From: Ascidiella aspersa
Taxonomy: Eukaryota
Reading direction: 5' to 3'
Assembly (NCBI GenBank): GCA_963924565.1
Contig: OZ004611.1
Span: 1,054,001-1,118,000 of the forward strand
DNA: 64,000 nt
In this document: positions 28,301 through 39,140 of the stretch, piece by piece
How positions within the stretch are numbered: the stretch's first letter is position 1
Layout of the letters: each line of letters begins with the position of its first letter
Program-made: the position numbers and the translations under genes
Notes under the pieces: model-generated
Seen by the model: only the letters and a program-made list of their open reading frames with translations
The model's database searches: none
What the model was told of the DNA's origin: nothing

Positions 28301-31300
28301 AGCAATTAAGGATTGATCAAAAAGCGCACAAGTTAACTTCTAACGCTAAGGAGGCGGAAATTAAGGCTTTGCAAAAGTTATTCAAAGACGATTCAGCAGT
28401 AAAATCGTCCACTTTGGTTGCGTTGGCGTCTAGGCCAGTTTCATATGATGTAGAGGATGTGAAAGATGTCTCGTTAGAAAGTCCAGCGCCTCCGTATGTT
28501 TCGAATTTGTATCCGGGATTGGGCGATAAGCAAAGCGATGTTCCTGGCGATGTGCCAGCTGAATCGGTGAAACCAGTGTTGGTAGGTGAGAAATTTACCG
28601 AGGATTCTTACAATGCTTTAACGCCTCCGTCGAGCTACATACCGCGAACGAGCGTTTCAGATCCACCTCGCTTACCTCGTTTTAGCTTTGAAACCCCATG
28701 GGCTAATCCGCAGAAGTTAAAGTTTGACAATTCCACTAAGAAGCGCGTTGACTTGGCACAATTAATGCGCGCCGCTCCAGGAAAGGAACTTCAATGGCTC
28801 GAGTTAAATGTCCGCCAGTTAAGGCAATTAGGTTTAAATAACGAAAATTTGTTGACAACGCTGTTGGCGACTTGTGACACGCATTTGTCTCTACAATCTT
28901 TTTTACAAGCTTTGCTTTTGAATATAAACATGACCAGTGAACAAAAGCTAACGACCCTGCAGGAGCACGTAAAGGCAACGTTTAAAAAATCTCATCTGGC
29001 ATTGATCAGTCATTTGCGCGCTTTGTTGGAGAATGTAAGATATGACAATGTCGTTGTAAACCCAGTTCAGGCGATAACTACGGCTTTTGCTCAGGAAGGC
29101 ATTTTGTTGGATGACTTGGCAAGCGACAGTCCGTTTTTGCGTTTAGTTGAGGAGGTGTTGTTAAAGAAATTGCCTACCAGTGTTGCGTTGCAAATTGAAG
29201 GCGAGCCTTGGAGAAATATGCAGAAAATATTACACCGCTATTTCACCTTATCTACAGCCCGTTCCAGCAGCTCGGATCCTGTCAAGAAAGTTTTGGTCTC
29301 GCATTTTGATGACGGTAAGACTGTTTTATCTGATAATAATGAGGAGTTGAAAAAACTAACTGAAAAGGTTTCACATTTAAGCGGGTTGGTGTTGCAGAAA
29401 ACTATTGATGAAAAAAACGATAGGACTAACAATTGTGAATCGAATCAGCAATCTAATATGTTATCTAATGATATAAGGTCTCGTTCTAAATGTTTCTTTT
29501 GTCAGGTTGAGGGCCACTTTGCTCGTGACTGCGATTTGAAGCGGTTGTTTCGTGCAAATGGTTGGAACGTGTATTCAAGAACAGGTGACGAAGTTTTTTT
29601 GTCCTCGAGATCTGCGGGCCGTGGCGGCGGAAGATCGACCTCTGCAGGCCCGTGGAGAGATGGGCGTTGGTCTCGGCAACCGACCTCGGCTCGGGACTCG
29701 GACAACGGCGGGAACTCGCAACGTTTTTCCGGCCGAGGGCGGGCGCTGGGTCGTTCTGACCAACAGGTACCTCGTTTCAATTCATTCAATCGTTCAAATA
29801 CCTTTCGGAATAATGATTACTCACAAAACGCCTTTTCAAAAAACTAGATTCAGGCTGGGGCTGCAATGAACCGCCGCAACCTCAGCCTTCTCGAATGACG
29901 ACACAATTGAATCACGTTTTGACTTCACCTAATGGCACTGCGCATTTCTTTGTAACAGATAACGTGACTTGTCAACCATTTCTTTTAGATACGGGTGCTG
30001 GGGCTAACATAATACATCCTTCTGCGTTGCCTAAGTCTATAAAGATAAGCCCTTCGAATGCTAAATTTTCGACTTTAGATGGGACACGCAGTGCTTTGAA
30101 ATCACAAGGAACAGTCTCTGTTCCGATTATGATCTCTTCCACTACTATAACTCTTGAGTTTGAAGTTTTAGATCAGACGCCTTATAATATCATTGGAATT
30201 GCTGACATCATTCAACACGACTTGCTGAACAAAGGAACTCTTGAGATTCGTGGTTCGTATAACGACGCGGTACAGGTATTGTCTGCTTTGCGTTGTGATC
30301 CATCAGAGGCGTTTGATAACCAAAAAAAGTTGACTTACGAACAGGCAGCAAAAATGGCTTCAGATCGTCTTCCTCAGGCGGCGATTGAGCCATCCGTAAA
30401 AACTTTAATAGCTCCTGAAAAGTTTGACGAAATCTTAAACAAATTTCCGCATATCTCTGATTTAAAATATAATCTGCAGCAACCGTATAAGCTGCCTTAT
30501 AAATTGTCCATTCAATTAAAACCTGGCAGCCATCGGCCAATAACTGGCCCCATATATAGCACTGGTCCCGAGCAAATGGCGGTTTTACACAAATGGCTAG
30601 AAGAATTTTTAGACCTAGGAATTTTGAAACGGGATTCCACTCCTTGGCGGAATCCAGTATTTTTGGTAAAGAAAAAGCCATCAGGATACAGAGTCGTTGT
30701 TGATTTTCGCGCTTTGAATAGCATTTTAACTCAGGATGATTACAGTTTGCCTCGTGTTGACTCAGTTCCGAAATATATACAAGGTAAAAAATTTTTCAGT
30801 GCAATTGACTTAACAAAAGCTTTTCACCATGTACAGGTGGATGAGGATTCCACACGTTATCTGGGGTTAGCTACGGAATTCGGATCAGCTTCGTGGTCTA
30901 ATTGCCCTCTTGGGGTTAAATCCGCCCCAGGCGTCTTCCAGGCCAACATGGATGAGTTGAGCAAGGAAATCTTGATTCGTTACAATGAGTGGAGACAGTC
31001 GAGAGGTTTGAGTGTTGTTTGTGAAGCTGTAAAATGTTATATTGATGATATTCTTATTGCCACTGAGACTGAATCTGAACATTTGAAACTAATTGACATC
31101 GCTTTAGGAGTTTTGTCTGAATACAATTTAACTGTAAATAAGGACAAATGCGTTTTTGGGAAAGATAGAGTCCGTTTCCTGGGTCATGTCGTTTCTGAGG
31201 AGGGTCAGCGACCGCTCTACTCTCGTTTACAAGGTTTACTTGAGATTCCTTTGCCTAAAACGGTGCATGATTTACGTCAATTTTTGGGTGTGGTAAGATA

Positions 31301-34300
31301 CGAAAAGAAACATGTGCCGCATTTAGCCGCTCTTACGTGTTCATTGGATCAGATCGGTAAAAATGTACCTGCTAAAATGTCTTCCAAAGTTTTGATAGAT
31401 TGGACCGCAGCTCTTTTAGAGGCATATTTAGAAACTCGGCAAGCTATGATGAGCGCAACGACACTGCGCTCTTACGACCCCTCGCGGAGGTTGCACATCG
31501 CCACAGACGCGTCAGATAAGGCCGCTGGCGCTGTTTTGTTTCAGTTCAACCATAAAAATGAAATGGAACCATTAGGGTATTTCAGTCAATCATTAAACAA
31601 AGCTCAACGGTGTTATTCGGCTTTTGTTAAAGAGCTTTTGGCGTTGCGTTTGGGTTTGCATTATTTTCGGAATCATTTAGAAAGTAATCATTTTACGATA
31701 CACACCGATCATCAGCCTCTTGTCCGAGCGATAGAAAATGGTCATTCGCCTTTAAAAGGTCTTTCGGCAAGACAACGTGATTGGATAGGCCAGATTTTGG
31801 AATTTGATTTTGACATACAGCATGTAAAGGGTTGTGACAATGTTATCGCCGACTATTTTAGTCGTGAAGGCTGTACAGTCTCATCTGTAAATGAAAAACC
31901 CCTTTTGTATTTCGCTAGAACACAGTTTCCTTCAGCTTTGTCCCTAGATCGTTTGTATGAACTACAGAAATCGTCTTTTTGCGACTGCACGACAACGACT
32001 TGCGACAAGCGTCATGTAAAACAGGGCCGACTAGCTAAATTTCACAACGGTTCATTAATAATGTGCGATGTTCCTGGTTCGTTAGATCTGGTTCTCTTGC
32101 CAAATGTGGAATCGCAGAAGTATGTTTTTAAGTCATATCATGACTACACTCATCACAGTGCGCGTGTAACCTGGAATGCGCTTCGTAATATCTATTGTGG
32201 TCCTAAATTTCGCAAAAATATCTTGCGTTGGTCAGCGGAATGTTCGGTTTGCATCAAAAATCGTCCCAAACGTTTAGAGCAGGTCGCTTTACAGCCTTTC
32301 CAGTATCCGAATGGGCGCCTTCGAACTTGTCATATGGATGTGTTTTCGCTACAAGCTTCTAATACTCAGCCAAGCTATCATAAATTATAAACTATGATCG
32401 ATCGCGAGACGACCTTTGTTGTGTTAGCTCCCTTGCTACATGAGACCGCTGAACATACGATTGATGCGTTTAGAAAATATTGGATTGCTTATTTGGGTTC
32501 ACCGGAAGTCCTTGTAACAGACAATGGAGGGAATTTTAGGTCTATGGCGTTTCATAACTTTTGTACGGAACATAATATCGATCATAGATACAGCACACCT
32601 TATAATCCACGGTGTCAAGGAAAAATTGAGCGTTTTCATCGGTCTTTGCGTGATCTTGTTTCAACCCAGCCGGTTCCCGAGAATTGGCTGCAGAACCTCG
32701 CATGGCTACAGTTGGCATTAAACTCCATGTGGCGAGGACACATGGATTCGTCGCCTTTCAAAGCTTTAGTGGGCATGACTCCGAGAACTCCTGTAAGTGT
32801 AACTGCGCCTTTAGTGTCTGGATTTGCTCCCGAAAATCTTGATTCGGAGCCCGGAATTGTACATAGTCGATTGCCTTCTCGCAGAACGGTGCGAACGGTT
32901 CCGTCAAAATGGGAGGACGCTACGCACGCTTATTTGCCCGTTCGCTCAAGGTCAAATAAAATCTCTCCACTGCGGGAAGGGCCATTTGAAATTGTTCGCT
33001 TGACAAGGACTAACGTGACTGTTGATTTGTCTCAAGGAGAATTACGCAAGCAGCCTCGCGATCAGGCATTTCCTGTAACATTATCCGTTGATGAGTAGGA
33101 GAATTTGAATTCAGATGTATGTTGTTTGTCATTGCAATTGCTTGTTTTCGTTTTGGCTAACCTTTAATGTTCGATAAGTCCTTTGGGTTTCTGTTGTTTG
33201 AAATGTCCGAATTTTTCGGGTATAAATGTTTTGCTCGTGATTTGTTGTTTTGGGCGCGTGGTCATGGAAATATGGTTTCCAATGCCTAAACTAATGCTCG
33301 GAATTATTGTTTTTGGAATTCTGATGTTTTTGAAAATATGAGCGCTGTAATTTTCCCCAATGGAGTTTCTTGATAATTGCGTCAGTTTTTGATTTCATCG
33401 TTTATTGGTGATTAGAATGTTTGCAATCTTGCGTTTGTCTGCTGTGTGATGGCGAATGTGATTTTTGGTGTTCTGCGAAATTTGTGTCTTTCAGTTGGTG
33501 TGCAGGACTGCGCGTTGTGCAAACTGATTGCGGTGATGTAAATATTGAAATAAAAAAAAAGGGTTATAATGATAAATTTTCCCTTAAAAAAAAAATATAG
33601 CCGTAGGAAGGACTTGGGAAGTTCCTTTAGCGGCGAAGGAGGTCGACTTATCCCTCCTAAATTGAAGTGCGGCGGTAGGGTTGGTAGGATTCCCTTAGAC
33701 GCGCACTATATTTTTGCATATTGAAGTGGTAGGGCCGAATTGCCTCACAAATATGTATCTGGGGAGTGGAGAGTCCCCTTTCGTGCTAGTGTCGCACAAT
33801 TGACGCGTTCTTGAGTAAATGTGGTAGGGCCGGGTAGCCTCACATGTGATAAAATAAGAGAAGTAGCATTCCTCTTAGTGATAAAAAAGAGACGTAAAAT
33901 TCCTCTTAGCGATTTAGAGTCGAAGATGATGACGAGTAATTCCATCTGACGACGATAGGACAGGGTTATGGTCCTTCTAGACGTTGTGTCTGATATTCGC
34001 CGGCGAGTTTATTAACGTGGCAGTTGTATATTTGTTAATTGTTTTTTTTAACCTATTAAAAATTAAGTGTTAACCAGGTTTTGGTATACCTAAACGTTTT
34101 TGCATAAAGACTGATCATCTTATGTTGCAGCGTTTTTAAGATCTAGGGTTCATTGGATTGTGCACGTCCTTTGAAACGATAACCTGAACACTAAACAAAA
34201 AAAATTAACCTGTAAATAATGCATATCATGAAGTTGGGATGTGTTCCTATGTTTTTCCTGGTTTGTTTTTGGACATGTAATTCCGTGTCCAATATAAGAG

Positions 34301-37300
34301 CATGGAGGATAAAACGTTTTGTGGAAAACGGGACAAATTCGGTAATGCGTTGTACCCCGTGTACGGCATCCTGTGGAAATAGTTCCAGGATTTGTGAAAA
34401 CGGGATTCGTTTACCCTGTGTTCTGGCAAAATGTCCTGTTTCATGCCCCAAATGCTCTTCTGCTCCAGGTTCGTTGGGAAAGCAGAATTTTCGTTTAATT
34501 CAAGGACGTCAGGTAAAATGTTCAGTGTGTTTACCTACCTGGACCTTATGGAGTGAGTGGTCTGCATGTCACTCTATAAATAAACAGATAAGGTCACGCA
34601 ATTTTTTTGCGATGCGTGGTTCGGTTTTACGCCCTATTGCTGGTGAAAGTCAGCAAATCCGAAATTGCACCAGTAATGGTCAAATAGTCAATGTAAATGA
34701 CACAACTAATATATCGGTCCATCCTCATTCTGTAGCGGTTATTGCTGTTATAATGCCACTAACTGTATTAGCATTTGTTGTAATTTGTCTGTTTTGTTTG
34801 AGGGCATATAACCGGAGCCGTCGACTCCGGGTGCCTCGGATTTAATACCTTGTTTTGTTGTGTAGGTTTAACAATGAATTGGATTTTGTTTTCATTTTTA
34901 TTTTTAAAATTAGGGGTGGTTTTCACTCAGAATATCCAATTGAACGATGTGGCGGTGACTGATGCGTCCAATCTGGACGCATTAAAGTTAAAAGCAATGG
35001 TTCATCCGGAGTCCAATGCATCTCAAACTTCCATTCCGCTTCATCAGCTGCAGACGAACTTTAGCTCCAATGGGTCAACATTTTTTTCACCCATTTTTGG
35101 CAATTTCAGGTCTGCAGCCAAGACTTGGACCGAGTACCATTATCCTACAGGAAAGTATTATGCAACGCCGAAGGAGTACGCGGAGGAATGCACATGTGAT
35201 AGACAACGACAATTGGTAACATTTCGGGTGGGGGTTAATCACATTAGGCTATCAAGCCTACATGAAACCTATCTAGAAGTGAATTCGGAATCCCACACCG
35301 ATGTATACGGAAAGGTCCACGACCTAAGATCGGCGTATAGTCTGTTAACACTTTTCCTATGCACTCTTTTCCCAAAATATGAAAGAATAAAGGCCGTCGT
35401 AACTTTAAATCATGAGCCTTATAATTATCCATCCAAGGCCAAATTAGCTGATTGGTGGCCTGTTCAAGATTATTATGATTTGCATGAGTTAACTCGTTTT
35501 CGTGTTTTAAATAGCGCTACGCCTTGTGCTGAGACGGGTTGTTTGGGCACTATGGCTGTTTCTGTCCCTGTAGGAAATCCTAGACTTTTCGATAAAGACC
35601 CTCGTGCTTCTTCGACCGATTTTATTTTTCCGAATGATACAAACATTCGTGGTCATCATAACGAACATATAATACGCACTCCCGGATGTTTGCTTTATAG
35701 TCAGTTTGGAACTAACGGGTTTTGGGCTCCCTTTAATCAAACCACTCCCGTTGACACTATTGGCTTGCGTATGAATGTACATATATCTGTTTTTAACCTT
35801 AGACTCGCTCATTTTTCTAACAAGGGTTTGATTGTAAAATTACCGTATTATAGGCTCGGTGATAAGTTTTCAATATTGTTCGCGTCTTATCCAATTAATT
35901 GGTTTCCTAATGAGACCATTTTCGCTGATGGTGATGGTCCTCCTGTCCATGATTTGGTATTAGATTTCCAAATCAAGAAAAACTCTTGTGATCATAATGT
36001 ATCTGTCCCTTATCAAGTTTACAATTTTTATGACACTTATCCATTAAATCTTGCAGGTGATACCGCCTGTCAAGCTAGGGCATCAAGGTCTGTTTGCACC
36101 TCGGCAACAGGCTCATTAGAGGTTTCTTTGATGCATAAGATTCCACACGCGCCGTTTGAAAATGAACGTAATATCCCTGTAGCCCCTGTACAATTTTTGC
36201 CCACTCATTTTCGTCAAAAACGTTTTTTCTTTGTTGCCTTACTCGCTTGTTTATTTTCTGAAGCCGTAATCCATTTCGAAATGCGAAAATTAGAGAACGA
36301 ATTTGCTATTCGTCTAAATAAGCTGCAGTCGGAGATAGACGACAAATTTAACCGAGTTGCAGCTCAAATGAAACAATTTGCGGTCTTATTAACCCAGAGT
36401 AATTTGTCTCTGGAAGATTTACAGAATACGCAGTTGGCATTGGCACTTGATTTAAGACGCTTCGAGTATATGCAGCTAAATGAAGATCGTTTACTCTTAC
36501 ACGAGATTCAAAAGAATAGAATGCTGATACTACAAACTCAAAAGTCTGCCCTCGAAAATACACGCGCTACCCTGGGTTCCTCCATTGCGCAGTCGCATGC
36601 CATACGGGCATGTCTTCGATCGTTGAACACTTTGCAAGCACTTAAAGCCGATAATACGTCGCTTTATTCCCTAGCGATTACTCGCGGCCAAGTTCGTCTT
36701 CGCAGATTAGCTACTCTGGAGTTGCGACAGCTAAACAACTCGATGGCAAACGATTCATTAAGCCTGGACGAAGCTGTTCTCAACAATCGAACGAGCGTTG
36801 TTCATCGAGACCTCGATCGTGACATCTCAGCTCTGCAAAACGTCAGCGTCGCAACGAGCTTCACGCTACATCCGCTTGTGTTCACGGAAGACCCATCACT
36901 GTTCAAGTTTTCCAACAGCGGTTTCCTTGGCGATGTCGGAGCTGGTTTAAATTCATTGGAAAACGTCGCGATCCATGGGCTAGATGATGTGCGGCAGGTG
37001 GTTACATCGACTATTGATGATGCCACTGGAATTCTTGGCAAACCTCTTCTTGTGCTTGCCATTTTTGGAGGAGCTGCAGCTGCTGTCATCCTCATCCTGT
37101 TGACTAGCTGCTACGCGTACAGACATTTTCGTGCCAGGAATGACGCTGTTTATTCACGTGGCATGCCAATTATTAAATGAACTTTTTAAAGGCGGAAGGA
37201 AATGTAGCGTGTTTTTCTTGTCATTTTGTCAACTGCGAATTCTAACTTTAATTATTAATTTGCGCCTTACTTTAAAAATAGGGATTAGGGACTTGGGTTC

Positions 37301-39097
37301 ATATTTCGAAATGTATTAAACTGTAACATCTTATTTTGGTTGGTATGTGTTTAATCTGTTTGTGCACACGGCCCTTTTTAAGCCAGTTTAACATTCTCTG
37401 CACACGGGACATTTAATGGTGCGTTTCTCGTATTCTTTCTAATCTGACCTCTGGCGATTCTCCACTGGACTTTTAAATTTAATGACTGCCAATTTCGCAA
37501 GTAATGGTCACGTTGTTCTGATCTAATCTTTTCGCTGGCGCCAGCCGTCCTCGGACCGAAGAATTAATCTGTTTTGCCATCGCTATAACTTTACTGTCTT
37601 TATTAAATTGCGTGCTTTCCTATAACTCGTTGACGCCCTTCCCGCACTTCCAGTTCTTGCGTAACTGCTTTTTAGAAGGTGTCTATATTAATCGGCGTCA
37701 GAGCGTCTCTTTTGTCCAGTATTTGGGAAGTGGGCCATTGCGTTTAGAGGTCAGCACGTTTTTGTGTAGTGTCCTGTCTGTAAGTAACTTTTGCTCACGT
37801 ATTAAGCGTTGGTGTGGTGTTTGACATTTTGGTTCATCTAATACACTTAGTTGCTTGGGTTAAGTTGTGTGGTCTGTAGAATAAACTTAGGCATTGAGGC
37901 AAATAACTCCCGATTATCTTTTAAGAACTCATTGCGGTTGCGTCCTGTCGGACAAGTATAGGTTAGGCGGTAGATTCTAATATACTAGGGCGCGGCAGGG
38001 CGTAACAGGGGGTCATGGCTATAGAGAACCGGAAAATATTTCTTCAGCTAAGATGACGTACAATTCATTGATTGATTCGTGATATTAAAGTAACATGTAA
38101 TAATTTGACAATAATATTGTAAGTAGATTTGTATTATGCCGAATATTAATACCTCTCGTTTGGTGATAGTTATTAGCGCTCATCTTTAATCCATAACCCA
38201 ATATATCCTAAAATGGTACAATTGTGGTGTTTGATTTTCCCAAGGACAAAAAAAGGTGTATCATCTCCCGAATAGGACTCACTAGCGACTTTAGGTTTAT
38301 TACTTATTAAACTAATATATGATATCACCATAGGTTTCTCAACATAACTAAAATTCGCTACAGCAGTGACGTCATCTTCCTCCTTACTTCCTGTTGTGGC
38401 AAAATATTTCGTCACCTTAGCTAACCCTGAAACTCCTTTAACTGCTATGCTATGTTTATAACAACCAAGATGAGATTTTAAATCCCCGCTACCTTTGCAT
38501 GAAACTGAGACAAATGTGGCTGGGTTGAAAACTAAACACTCTCCTTTCCATTCATTTTTACCATTTTCGAAGCATGAATATTTCGCTACCTTAAATGCGT
38601 CAAGTTGAAAAGTAATATTCCATCGTAAAACGTGCTGGCCTTAGACAAAACGCGTTATGAGGTTACTTAAGGTCAACTTTAGGCCAATATTTAGCGAGGT
38701 TACTCACAGCGTAATTGTTAAGTAATAGTAACGCATTACTTGCAGTAGTAACTTTGTATTCTTTACATCATGATACTTAAACGGCTTATTGACAGAAGAC
38801 GTTTGTAGTAAACTAAAACTAAATCACAACAATACCTTATAAAAACGAACAGGACTTGTGAAGAATTCATTGTGTTGCATTTTACTTATTATATTTACTA
38901 AAAATTAAACGGGGCAACAACCTGGTTTTTATAATTATGTTGTTTAATGTTCTTGTTCGTGCAGTTATGCATCTCAATTTAAACAACAACTTTAAATGGC
39001 AGTTGTTTAGAATGTAAATCATCTGTAATTTAATTTTTCGATTACAATATCGATATGTTGGAAAAAGTTTTATGATTAATTGCGAAGTCGCTAAAGG

Positions 39098-39140
<43 letters not shown>

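Larger units (their letters stand above)
27083..38007 (+). mobile_element. Full-length Ty3/Gypsy LTR retrotransposon with env-like and accessory membrane-protein genes (endogenous retrovirus-like)
   Basis: 805-bp TG...CA LTRs, G-run TSD, PBS, PPT, PR-RT-RH-IN domain order and two extra ORFs. Confidence 0.97.

Noticed and set aside
33945-33990. CTGACGA as a possible hammerhead ribozyme core
   Set aside because: No correctly placed GAAA or stems I/III were found.
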